This document shows positions 33,340 to 42,692 of a stretch of 64,000 nucleotides of DNA, piece after piece. The position numbers and the translations under genes are program-made. The notes under the pieces are model-generated. The model made no database searches. It was not told the DNA's origin and saw only the letters and a program-made list of their open reading frames with translations. Source of the stretch: Myxococcales bacterium. GTDB lineage: Bacteria; Myxococcota_A; Polyangia; Polyangiales; Polyangiaceae. Each line of letters starts with the position of its first letter. The stretch's first letter is position 1. The stretch spans positions 160,001-224,000 of the forward strand of contig JAYTOU010000003.1 in assembly GCA_043747615.1 (NCBI GenBank), in the 5' to 3' direction.

Positions 33340-35178
33340 ATGAAGACCTACCTCGTGGGGTGTACGGCATGCCTTTCGATTTCTCTTGTCGCGTGTACGA
33401 CCGATGTCCCTGCAAACGGCGCGGGGGGTGACGGTGGTGGATCGGACGGCGGCGTATCCGTCGACGGCGCCGCACCGTCGTCGTGCGCCGATCCGAACGC
33501 CCCGAAATGCGCTCACGGCAAGTGCACCGAAAACGGTGGAGCGCCCGTCACCTGCGCCTGCGATGCGGGATACACCGGGCCCCTGTGCGCGGACTGTGCA
33601 GCCGGCTTCCAAGACAAGGACGCGAACGGAACGTGTGCACCCGTGTGCGCGCCGACGGCGTGCGGTACCCACAGCGCGTGCTCTGACGCCACGGGCACGG
33701 CCACGTGCGCGTGCGTGACCGGGTACTCCCTGAGCGGAACGGCGTGCACGTGGACGGGTGGTCCGCTCGATCCGGGGTTTCAGAACACGCCGCCGAACGC
33801 GTGGACCATGACCGCAGGTCTCGAATTTCATCCGACCGCAGCGGGCAGCATCGAGCCGGGCATCGTCCACTTCGACAACACGATGATCTGCACCACGAAG
33901 GCCCGGGTCACGCAAACGGTGCCCATGCCGCTCTATTCGACGGCCGAGCCTCTCGCGCTCCGGGTCGTCAACAAGGTGGTCTGCACCGATCTGGGATCGC
34001 AGACCTGCACCGAAAGCGGCGGAAGCGACGTCCACGGGATCGGCGTCTCCCTCAACAAAGGCTTCGTCGAGGTCGCGAGCGCCGATGCCTTCTCGGGACA
34101 GGTCCTCTGCCTCGGCGAGCGCGCGTACGGCGGGCCACTCGAGCTGGTGCTCACCGCTGAAGGAGACTCGTGCGGCGGCGACGTTACGTATGACGCCGTC
34201 ATCGATCACGCCGACATCGAGCCCACCCCTAGCTGCCCGGTCGCGGGAGTCATTCCCAACGCGACGTTCGCCACCAGCGATGGTTGGGTGGTCTCCGCGG
34301 GTGGCGGCATCGCCGAGATCGTCAACGGCGCGGGGACGGCCGGTGCGCGCGGCGCTCACGTGCAAGCGATGCACCTTGGAGACGTCCCGAGCGTCTCACA
34401 GAACCTTTCGATTCCGGCCGACGCCACGACTTCTCACCTCGCTCTAACGATGAACTTCACCGGCAACCAAGGAGGCCTTCAAGTCTCGATGGGCGGTCAA
34501 GACATCGGCGAGCTCATCGGGGCGAGCGGCGCGCAGGTCGGCAAGGTGTGCGTGCCCGACTGGGCCAAAGGCATGGTCCTTCCGGTACGAATCGGCGCGG
34601 ACTTCAGCAACGACGGCGCCGGCGGTGCGAGCACCTTCGACTACCGCGACTTCACCTTCGACGCCGTGAAGTGGACGAGCGACCCGACGTGCCCTGCCCC
34701 GGCCTCGACCGTCGATCCCGGGTTCGAGCGCACGGATCCGGCGAGCGCCTGGGTGCTCCACGCATCGAAGGGCTTCAACAGCACCCCGATCTCCGAGATC
34801 AAGAACGACGCCGCGGCCCACACCGGCTCGCGCTCGCTGCACCTCGCGGTGGCAGGCGGCTGCACGAAGGCCACGGCGGTCAACTATTACACCGTTCCCG
34901 CAGCGACGAGCACCGAGGGACCGGCGATCAGTTTCTGGTACAAGGCGCAGGCATCAGCCGGCGGCGAGCTTCGGGCGACGCCCTCGTCCGTAGCGCTCCC
35001 CGCAGCAGCGATGTGGACGAAGAAACTCACCTGTCTCGATCCCAAGACGAGCGGACGAGCCGCGAAGATGCAGCTCATCTTTTCGGCGACGATTCCTACG
35101 TGCACGACCACGTTCGCGCAGCTGGACGCGTACGTCGACGACGTCACGGCGGGCACCGATCCGAGCTGCCCGCACTGA
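33340..35178 (+). CDS. Lipoprotein with EGF-like domains and repeated carbohydrate-binding-like beta-sandwich domains
   Basis: Lipobox LVAC; CACDAGYTGPLC, CACVTGY; three modules starting DPGF/NATF/DPGF and ending D/PxxCP. Confidence 0.8.
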   Translation: MKTYLVGCTACLSISLVACTTDVPANGAGGDGGGSDGGVSVDGAAPSSCADPNAPKCAHGKCTENGGAPVTCACDAGYTGPLCADCAAGFQDKDANGTCAPVCAPTACGTHSACSDATGTATCACVTGYSLSGTACTWTGGPLDPGFQNTPPNAWTMTAGLEFHPTAAGSIEPGIVHFDNTMICTTKARVTQTVPMPLYSTAEPLALRVVNKVVCTDLGSQTCTESGGSDVHGIGVSLNKGFVEVASADAFSGQVLCLGERAYGGPLELVLTAEGDSCGGDVTYDAVIDHADIEPTPSCPVAGVIPNATFATSDGWVVSAGGGIAEIVNGAGTAGARGAHVQAMHLGDVPSVSQNLSIPADATTSHLALTMNFTGNQGGLQVSMGGQDIGELIGASGAQVGKVCVPDWAKGMVLPVRIGADFSNDGAGGASTFDYRDFTFDAVKWTSDPTCPAPASTVDPGFERTDPASAWVLHASKGFNSTPISEIKNDAAAHTGSRSLHLAVAGGCTKATAVNYYTVPAATSTEGPAISFWYKAQASAGGELRATPSSVALPAAAMWTKKLTCLDPKTSGRAAKMQLIFSATIPTCTTTFAQLDAYVDDVTAGTDPSCPH

Positions 35179-35521
35179 GCGAGGCTAGCCGCTTTTTCGG
35201 GGGCGCGACCCGTGCGCCGCACCGACGTCAAAGCGGCAAGAGGCCCTACAGGAGACTTCCGCTTTGCGGAACTCGTCGGGCGCGAAGCTGAAGTAGATGG
35301 CAGCTGCGAGACGCGCCTCGTCGTCTCGCGCGCCACCGCCATGGCGTCGTCAACGGCGGGGCCGACGCGAATCGCGGGACCACTAGCGACCGCACACATC
35401 TCACGGAGGAGCGTGGCGTCCCTGCGTCGGTGAGCGCTTTTGGGTCGCACGAAGCGCGAGCGTGCTCTCGGCGCATTTCGCATTGGCGGTGAGAATGACG
35501 TCGTCTTCGCGAGCGCGGAGA

Positions 35522-35537
35522 GGGTCCGCTTGTTGCA
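35522..35537 (+). promoter_or_regulatory. Candidate sigma54 (-24/-12) promoter
   Basis: GG-N10-GC with TTGC: GGGTCCGCTTGTTGCA, about 32 nt upstream of the ferritin-like ATG. Confidence 0.45.
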
Positions 35538-35568
35538 CCGAGCGGCGGCTTCACCGAAAGGGATCCCC

Positions 35569-36156
35569 ATGAATGAAATGACTACGAAGAAAAACGAGAC
35601 ACTCACCACCTACGTCGGCGACGTTCATGCCTTGGTCACTCACGGATTGAAGGCCGTCGAGCGCCAGGTCGAGAACCTCAGCCATGTGAGCCACAAGGAC
35701 GCGAAGCCTGCCGTGCTCGAGGGCAAGCGTGTTCTCGAAGCACAGAAATCGGCCCTCGAAGCGCGATTGAAGGCGCTCGGCGGAAGCGCAACGGCTCCGG
35801 TAAAGGACGCAGTGGCGGCGGTCGCGGGAATCGCGGCGGGACTGATCAACGCCGTTCGACCTTCGGAGACGGTCAAATCGCTGCGCGACGATGCGACGTT
35901 CTTCAGCGGGCTCGGCGTCGCCTATCTCCTGCTCTACACGACGGCGTCGGGCCTCGGCGATGCGGAGACCTCGAGTCTCGCGCAGCGCGGCTATGAGGAC
36001 ACCGCACGGATGGTGATGCATCTCGACCGCATCCTTCCGAAGATCACCGTCGAGGAGCTGCGCGAGCAGAAGCTCGACGTCTCCGAGGTCAGTGATCGGG
36101 TGAAGGCAATGGTCGTGAAGGCGTGGGATCGCACGGCAACCTCCGCGAGCATCTGA
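35569..36156 (+). CDS. Ferritin-like four-helix-bundle protein (DUF892/YciF-like)
   Basis: YVGDVHAL, LEARLKALGG, KSLRDDATF, YLLLYTTA.GLGD.ET. Confidence 0.65.
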   Translation: MNEMTTKKNETLTTYVGDVHALVTHGLKAVERQVENLSHVSHKDAKPAVLEGKRVLEAQKSALEARLKALGGSATAPVKDAVAAVAGIAAGLINAVRPSETVKSLRDDATFFSGLGVAYLLLYTTASGLGDAETSSLAQRGYEDTARMVMHLDRILPKITVEELREQKLDVSEVSDRVKAMVVKAWDRTATSASI

Positions 36157-36190
36157 CTGCCGTCCTAACTGCTCCACGCCGGGTGCAACC

Positions 36191-36952
36191 ATGACGAAGA
36201 GCGATCAAGGGAGAGAGGATGCGGGCGAACGGATCGGCCGTTTCCTTGCCCCCTTGGTTGCCTCCGTCAGTCACGCCCGGCGAGCGCGTATGTTTCATCC
36301 CGACGGCCGAACGTTCGTCGCGCGCGTGGAGCCGATCGAAAGCGAGAGCTCGCTCGCCCGCGTAGGCGTGATCCTCACAGGGTCTGCTATCGCGCGCTTT
36401 TCGGGCGCGCTGTGGCGACGGGGATTCGAGCACCTCGACGTCCTCGGCGTGGCGCTACGCCTGCGAGACGGGCGAATCACCGACGCGGTCGCGTTACCCG
36501 GCGATCAAGATCTCCTCTTCGCCACCATTCGCAGTCCGTTCACGATGCCTTTTTCACCGTTCACCACAGACGCCCAAAACTTCATGGCGAACCGGTACTG
36601 GGCCGTGTCGCCGTTCGATGCGCCAGAGGCAGGCCGAGTGAAGTTTCGGCTGTCGCCGCTCAGCCGCGCCGCTTCCTCGCGACTTCCCCGCGAAGAGCGG
36701 CTGGAGTCGGTAGTGGCGTCCGCCGTGTCGTCATGGACGATCGAAGCACGTCACACGTTCACCGTCTCGTGGACCGCGATTGCGCGTATGACCTTGGAGG
36801 ATGTCGCGACGATCGACCAAGCCGCGCTTCGCTTCTCTCCATTTCATTGCGGTCGAGGGATCGTGCCACGCGGCCTCGTGCACGCCATGCGTCGAGCGAC
36901 GTACGCTGCAAGCCAGGCCTCGCGCCCGAGCGCCGAGCGCAGTTACCCCTGA
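36191..36952 (+). CDS. Small catalase-related heme protein
   Basis: RMFHPDG (distal His), ARFSG, DVLGVALR, QDLLFAT, RRATYAASQASR (proximal Tyr). Confidence 0.65.
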   Translation: MTKSDQGREDAGERIGRFLAPLVASVSHARRARMFHPDGRTFVARVEPIESESSLARVGVILTGSAIARFSGALWRRGFEHLDVLGVALRLRDGRITDAVALPGDQDLLFATIRSPFTMPFSPFTTDAQNFMANRYWAVSPFDAPEAGRVKFRLSPLSRAASSRLPREERLESVVASAVSSWTIEARHTFTVSWTAIARMTLEDVATIDQAALRFSPFHCGRGIVPRGLVHAMRRATYAASQASRPSAERSYP

Positions 36953-36998
36953 CGACTCCTCTTAGAGGTCGCCTAAGGCGCTGGAACCACTTCGACGT

Positions 36999-38021
36999 CT
37001 AGCGCTCTTGCGCTACTGAAGGGCCGGGAGCGATCGAGGCCGATCGCCAAATGCCTGCGAGCTCGGTGCGTGAGGTCACGTTTAACTTCGTGCGCGCCCG
37101 GTGAAGCGACGCCGTCACCGAGGCCAACGAGAGTCCGAGCATGTAGGCAATTTCTTTGTCCCGATGGCCCATCGCCACGAGGGCGCATGCCCGCCGCTCG
37201 CGAGGGGAAAGATCCGCGCGAGGGTCCGTCGGCGGCGCGTTCTTCATGGCCAAGAGGAACCGTTTGCCGTCGGTGTCGAAGTGGTCGACAAGAGACCAGC
37301 GCCCGGCCACGAGCCCCTCCCAGACCTCTAGCGCCTTCGCGATGTCGTGCTTGTTTTTCTTCGCCTCGTCGCGCCGCCTCCATCCGTCGTCGAGCGCGCC
37401 GCGCTTGTTTTTTGCCGTTTCGGTGGCGTGAATCACTTTGCCGGTCGGGGACAATACGGCCTCGGCCTCGTCGAGGAGATTGGCGTGATCCGCTCGCCGC
37501 AAGCGATCGCCCGCGCCGATGTGCGTCGCGAGCTTCGTCAACAAGCGACTCTCTTTCGCGCTCAACGCGCCGAGCTCGGCGAGACCAACGCAGGCGCAGA
37601 AGCCATCACCGTTCGTGTCTCTCGCCACGAAGCCTAGGGAGTCGACGATGGGCTCGGGCCAGCAATCCCGCCATCCGGGGGTGAGGGCCAAGTTCGCGCC
37701 CAGCCGCGCGACCGTCGCGCACATCGTTCCCTGCGTGCGCCCCAGCATTCGTTCGGTGAGCTCTCCCGGAGCGCTCATCGTGGCTGCCCACCCGCGGTTG
37801 GGAGTCGCGCCTCGTCCCATCGCTACATCGGGCTCGACGCTGCGGATTTCGAAATTGTCGCGGTCGTAGCCGGACGTGAAATGAAACGCGCCGCCAATCG
37901 AGGAGGAGGTGATCGCCAGTAGTGCGTTGAGCACGCGAGTGGCCCACGGTTCTTTTTCTTCGGTCGTGTCGTAGGACGCGACGATCAGGTCGATCAGCGG
38001 TGTCTTATCGAGGTGGAGCAT
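36999..38021 (-). CDS. LuxR-family HTH regulator with N-terminal sensory region
   Basis: GAAGGA SD; C-terminal LSPRERRACALVAMGHRDKEIAYMLGLS...LHRARTKLNV; WEGLVAGRWSLVDHFDTDGKRF. Confidence 0.88.
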   Translation of the reverse strand: MLHLDKTPLIDLIVASYDTTEEKEPWATRVLNALLAITSSSIGGAFHFTSGYDRDNFEIRSVEPDVAMGRGATPNRGWAATMSAPGELTERMLGRTQGTMCATVARLGANLALTPGWRDCWPEPIVDSLGFVARDTNGDGFCACVGLAELGALSAKESRLLTKLATHIGAGDRLRRADHANLLDEAEAVLSPTGKVIHATETAKNKRGALDDGWRRRDEAKKNKHDIAKALEVWEGLVAGRWSLVDHFDTDGKRFLLAMKNAPPTDPRADLSPRERRACALVAMGHRDKEIAYMLGLSLASVTASLHRARTKLNVTSRTELAGIWRSASIAPGPSVAQER

Positions 38022-38044
38022 TTTCGTTCCTTCGTGCGCCGTGT

Positions 38045-38152
38045 CGCCATGCACGTGCGGGTCGCACGGTTGGTGAGCAGCCTCGTCTCCCGCGCGGTAA
38101 GCGTGCTCATTCCGTCGAGCCCTACGCACGCGCAGAAGCCGTCGCCGTTCGC
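38045..38152 (-). pseudogene. Internal fragment of a paralogous LuxR-family gene
   Basis: Translates ANGDGFCACVGLDGMSTLTARETRLLTN, matching TNGDGFCACVGLAELGALSAKESRLLTK of the adjacent gene; then shifts frame. Confidence 0.75.
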
Positions 38153-38374
38153 GATCGGTTGGTGCGATACGTGGTTGTTTCTTGGCCAACGGGTCCCCCT
38201 CCCTCACGCCGTTCCTAAGGGTAATGGGCGCGTGCGCGAGACGTGAACAGATTCGTTGCGCGCGCTTCTTCGCTCGAGTGGGGCTGATGATCTCGCGGGT
38301 TCCGTGCTGGCAAAACCCCGCGTCGCCCACGGTCGGGATAGAAAAAAAATGACTATGAAAACATGTGGCGGCGG

Positions 38375-38404
38375 CGCGTGACCTCGCCTGACCTCGCGTG
38401 ACCT
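38375..38404. repeat. Three tandem 10-bp repeats CGC(G/C)TGACCT in divergent promoter region
   Basis: CGCGTGACCT CGCCTGACCT CGCGTGACCT. Confidence 0.8.
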
Positions 38405-38524
38405 GCGGCTTTACGACGAGTGCGGCTCCCGCGATGGAAGAGAAATGACCATGGAAACGGACTGAAATTTCGCAGATCTTGCAAGGTCAGGTCCGGGGCG
38501 TCCGCGTCAGGAGTGGGAACCGAC

Positions 38525-39733
38525 ATGAACTACCGATCTCACGACATTGCACGGAGAGGCGCGTTGACACTCGCCTTGTGCAGCGCGCTCGTTGCTCCGC
38601 TCGCGGCGTCGGAAGCGGTCGCCCATGCCGCCGGCAGCGGCGATGACAACCTCGCGGCCGCGCTCAAGAAGTTCGATGCCGGTCGCACCGCATTCGACGG
38701 TGGCGCGTTCGAGGAGGCTCTCCTTGCGTTCCAAGCAAGCTACTCGCTGTCGCCGAGCCCGAACTCGCGCCTGTATATCGCACGCTGCTATCGGGCGCTC
38801 GGCAAGGTCGCGAGCGGGTACACGACATATCGTTTCGCCGCCCGCGAGGCGCAGGACCGGCTCGGTACGACGGGCGAGAAGCGCTACGCAGGAACGCGCG
38901 ACGCTGCGAATGCCGAGGCCGGCGAGATCGAGGCGAAGGTGCCGCGCCTCACCATCGTCGTTCCGGGCGGTTTGCCCGCAGGGTTCCTCGTGAAGCGCGA
39001 TGGCGGAGAGCTCACGAGCGCCGCCTGGGGCGTCGGCGTCGAGACGGATCCCGGCACCGTCATCATCGAAGCGAACGGGCCGCGCCTCGTTCCGTTCAAA
39101 CAGACGGTGGTCCTCGCCGAAGGTCAGCAGCTCCGGGTCGAGGTGAAGGTGGAGCGCGTTCCCACCGCAACGATCGGTTTTCAATTCAAGACCCGTCCCA
39201 CCGGCATGGCGATCACGCTCGACGACGCGCCCCTCGATGCAACGGGGACGACCGCGCCGCGCGAGGTCGACGTGGGACGGCATGCTGTCGTCGTGAGCGC
39301 GCCGGGATACGTGCCGGTGCACTGGCAAAAGACGCTCGCCAACGGTGACGCCGCGGTCGTCGGAGTCGAGCTCCAACCCGACGTGCGGGCGAGCAGCCCG
39401 AAGGGTTCGGCGAAATGGATCTTCTTCACCGTCGGCGCCGCCGCCGTCGCGTCACTCGCCGTCGCGTCCGTCGTAGCGATCGACGCGAAATCCAAGGAGA
39501 GCGCAGAGCTCGCGAAAGATCCGTTCTCACGCAGCACGAGTACGCGCGACTCGATTCGTTCGGAGGCGACGACGGCGAATGTCCTCTTCGTGGCCGGCGG
39601 CGTGCTCGGGATCGGCGCGGCTGTTCTCGGCTTTACGACGCAGTGGAAGGCGGAGAAATCTGGGCCCTCCGTCGGCCTCAATCCTTGGATCGGACCAGCC
39701 GGAATGGGACTCGGGGCGCGTGGACGTTTCTAA
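38525..39733 (+). CDS. Exported TPR + PEGA domain protein with C-terminal membrane segment
   Basis: Signal peptide; FDAGRTAF..ALLAFQASYSLSPSPNS.LYIARC TPR; PEGA (VDVGRHAVVVSAPGY); two hydrophobic helices; ends GLGARGRF. Confidence 0.85.
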   Translation: MNYRSHDIARRGALTLALCSALVAPLAASEAVAHAAGSGDDNLAAALKKFDAGRTAFDGGAFEEALLAFQASYSLSPSPNSRLYIARCYRALGKVASGYTTYRFAAREAQDRLGTTGEKRYAGTRDAANAEAGEIEAKVPRLTIVVPGGLPAGFLVKRDGGELTSAAWGVGVETDPGTVIIEANGPRLVPFKQTVVLAEGQQLRVEVKVERVPTATIGFQFKTRPTGMAITLDDAPLDATGTTAPREVDVGRHAVVVSAPGYVPVHWQKTLANGDAAVVGVELQPDVRASSPKGSAKWIFFTVGAAAVASLAVASVVAIDAKSKESAELAKDPFSRSTSTRDSIRSEATTANVLFVAGGVLGIGAAVLGFTTQWKAEKSGPSVGLNPWIGPAGMGLGARGRF

Positions 39734-40952
39734 CTTCGCGCTCCGCACCGCTGCGGCGACGATCTCGACTGCGGCGCTACTTGCGTCTGCGTGCACGTTT
39801 GCAGGGCTCGGCAACTACGACGTCGAGACGTGCGCGCGCCCGCGGGGTGTGTCGATGACCGTCCAAAAAGTCGGCGCGGTGAGCGACGTGACCTTCGCGA
39901 GCGCGAGCGGCAAGAACGTGATCGGCGCGTTTGCCGCAAACGTCACCGGCGGCGCATGCATCGAGGCGGTCCGCTCGGGCGTCGCAGGGTCGACGATGGC
40001 GAGCGGATTTCTGAATCTGAATTGCTCGTTCCTCGGCGACGAAACCAACCTCGTTCCGAGACAGCCGATGGTCGTGCCTCTCAGCGGAGGCTATGCCGCG
40101 GCGATCATCGCCACGACGGCTCCGTGCACCGCAGGCGCTCTCATCTACCGATTCAACGCGCCGGGTGTGGCGGGAAAAGCCGCCCTGCCCTGCGCCATGA
40201 GCGGCGCCGCGCTCCCAGCGATTGCGCCACTTTCCGACGGCTCGACCGCAATCGTCGCCTGGTATGCGACGAGCCTCGATTCGCGCAGCGACCCGATCGG
40301 TTCGTGCACGGGCGCACGCGCGGCTCCTCTCAACGCCAGCGTCGTTACGTCGGCGAACGGCAGTCCTACGCTGGGAGCGGCGGTCGACCTCGGTGACACC
40401 GGCATCTCCGTACGTGCTCCCGCGGTCGCGCCGCTCCCGGGACAAGCGCAGGCGATCATCGCTGCTCCACTGGGGAACGACGTTGGCGTCTGGACCATCG
40501 GGGTGAGCACGTCACCGGGGCAGCCCATCACGATTCCAGGGCTCGCGGGCGCCCGCGCTGTCGCGCTCGCGATTGCGTCGGACAACTCGGGACGCATCGC
40601 CGTCGTCGCCGAGATTGGCTGTGCGCCGCAGAGCATCGCGCTCGCGGTAGGCACTCTCGCGGGCGGTTTTTCGAACGTTGCGATCGTTGCGGCGGCGGAC
40701 GGTGCGCTCGCCGTGGGTCCGTCGGTCGCTTGGATCGACGGTCAGAATCGCTGGGTCGTCGCGTGGGTCTCGGCGACCGGTGGAGCGCACGTGCTCACGC
40801 GCTCGTTCGATGCGACGGGAAGCGCGGTTGGAGCGGTGGTGGATCCGGCGATGAGCGCGACGGGTGCCGCGGTGACCTCGGGGGGCGATGTGATCGGGTT
40901 CGTGGCGTCGTCGAGCAGCTTCGTCGACACGTCGCTCGGGTGTGGACAATGA
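39720..40952 (+). CDS. Lipoprotein, beta-propeller-like
   Basis: GTG start overlapping the upstream gene; lipobox ASAC; repeated P.v.....iVAW blades. Confidence 0.7.
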   Translation: MDVSNFALRTAAATISTAALLASACTFAGLGNYDVETCARPRGVSMTVQKVGAVSDVTFASASGKNVIGAFAANVTGGACIEAVRSGVAGSTMASGFLNLNCSFLGDETNLVPRQPMVVPLSGGYAAAIIATTAPCTAGALIYRFNAPGVAGKAALPCAMSGAALPAIAPLSDGSTAIVAWYATSLDSRSDPIGSCTGARAAPLNASVVTSANGSPTLGAAVDLGDTGISVRAPAVAPLPGQAQAIIAAPLGNDVGVWTIGVSTSPGQPITIPGLAGARAVALAIASDNSGRIAVVAEIGCAPQSIALAVGTLAGGFSNVAIVAAADGALAVGPSVAWIDGQNRWVVAWVSATGGAHVLTRSFDATGSAVGAVVDPAMSATGAAVTSGGDVIGFVASSSSFVDTSLGCGQ

Positions 40953-40978
40953 GCGCGTACCGCGCAGGGGAGGTTTCC

Positions 40979-42685
40979 ATGAAGAACGTTATTGCCAAAA
41001 GAATCTCGATGGGTGCGAGCCTCTGCTTCGGGGTAGGGCTCGCCCTGGCCGCTTGCTCAGGCAGTAGCGCAGACGTAGGCGTTGGCGACGCGGGCAGTGG
41101 CATGGACGGCACGGTCGGCACGGGGGGACCCTGCATGACGGACACGGACTGCGCATCTCAGCTCCCTGGGACCACGCCGCCGAATTGCGCGGTCGGCAAG
41201 TGCAACGCGCTTCAAGGTGTCTGCACGTTCGTCGCAAAAGATGGAGACGGTGACGGGCACGCCACGGCGAGCTGCAAGGCGACGAGTGGAAACATTCAGG
41301 CGGGTGACGACTGCGACGACAACGACCCAACTCTGTTTCCCGGGCACGCTGAATCGTGCAGCGCAAAGGACGATGGCACGGCGATCACCTGGCCGACAGG
41401 GACCCCCGTAGGCGCTTGCCACTACGGGCAGAAGAAGTGTCAGACCGACGGCACCGTGTCGGCGTGCGTGGGCGCGAAGGCACCGCAAGCGCGCGACTGC
41501 TCGTCCGTGCTCGATAACGACTGCGACGGCAAACCAGACAACACGGCGGACGCCGTGTGCAGCTGCACTCCCGGACAGACCTACGCCTGTTCTTCGAAAG
41601 TAGACGGCACGCCGATCGTTTGGCCAACGGGAGCTTGGCCCGCGGGCACGCCAGCGCCAGCGTCGCTCTGCCATAAGGGAACGGCGACGTGCGGCGCCGA
41701 TGGAAGGCTAGAAACGTGTGGCGGTGCGATTCCGCCCGCGGTGCGGGATTGCGCTTCGCCCAACGACAACGACTGCGACGGGATAGTCGACAATCGTGAC
41801 GCTACCTGCGAGTGCGCGAGTCAACCCGATGGCGGGGGCGGCGGCATCGTGCTCGGCTCCACCCGCCAATGCGGAACGCACCCGGGCAAAGATGGCATCG
41901 GGGTGTGTCACGCTGGAACGCAGAGCTGCGTAGTCAACCCTGCCGACACCACGAAGTCCATGTGGAATAACCCGGGTTGCACGGACAGCGTTGGACCGGG
42001 AACGGCAATCTGCGCGACCGCAGACCCGACGTTTGATGGAGATTGCGACAATCAGAAAGATGTTAACGAATATCAAAGCTGCGGTACCAAGACGGGCACG
42101 ACGGACGGTCTTTATTGCATGGCCCAGCAGTGCGAGACCATGGCGTCGACATGTGGAGTCATTCCCGGTCTGAAGAATTACTGTCTGGACCTAGATAACG
42201 ATGGGTACTGCGGGTCAGGGACGCTCCCAGTCAATTGTGCGACGCCGATCTACGACACGACCCACAAGGCGTCATCGCTCGGAGCCGATGCCTGCGACGT
42301 TCCTGGGCAAACCGGACACGCTTCGCTTGGTCAAGGATGCGGCGCGGTCGGCGACTGTTGTCCTGCTGCGGTCGGTGGAGTCACTCTCTCGTGTGGCGCC
42401 GGCACGTGCAAAACCTGTGGAAATCTTGGCTCGTCGTGCGCTGCCGGCAGTACGGGGTGCTGCGCCGGTACAAAATGCAACGGCAGCTCGGTCTGTCAAA
42501 CCTGTGGAACTGCAGGAGGCAGCTGTTCGGTGGCGACAGACTGCTGCAACGGGTACACGTGCATCTCGGGGAGCTGTCAGGTCGGAGCAAGCTGCCGTGC
42601 GGAGGGCCAATCGTGCACCGTGCTGCTGAAATGTTGCGCGGCCGCCGGCCTTACCTGCCAAGGCGGGGTCTGCGCGCTCTTCTAA
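40979..42685 (+). CDS. Cys-rich lipoprotein with putative Ca/metal-binding DxDxDG/DNDCDG repeats and C-terminal knottin-like repeats
   Basis: GGGGAGG SD; lipobox LAAC; DGDGDGH, DCDDNDP..FPG..ESC, DNDCDG x2, DGDCD, DLDNDGY. Confidence 0.85.
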   Translation: MKNVIAKRISMGASLCFGVGLALAACSGSSADVGVGDAGSGMDGTVGTGGPCMTDTDCASQLPGTTPPNCAVGKCNALQGVCTFVAKDGDGDGHATASCKATSGNIQAGDDCDDNDPTLFPGHAESCSAKDDGTAITWPTGTPVGACHYGQKKCQTDGTVSACVGAKAPQARDCSSVLDNDCDGKPDNTADAVCSCTPGQTYACSSKVDGTPIVWPTGAWPAGTPAPASLCHKGTATCGADGRLETCGGAIPPAVRDCASPNDNDCDGIVDNRDATCECASQPDGGGGGIVLGSTRQCGTHPGKDGIGVCHAGTQSCVVNPADTTKSMWNNPGCTDSVGPGTAICATADPTFDGDCDNQKDVNEYQSCGTKTGTTDGLYCMAQQCETMASTCGVIPGLKNYCLDLDNDGYCGSGTLPVNCATPIYDTTHKASSLGADACDVPGQTGHASLGQGCGAVGDCCPAAVGGVTLSCGAGTCKTCGNLGSSCAAGSTGCCAGTKCNGSSVCQTCGTAGGSCSVATDCCNGYTCISGSCQVGASCRAEGQSCTVLLKCCAAAGLTCQGGVCALF

Positions 42686-42692
42686 GTTAGCC

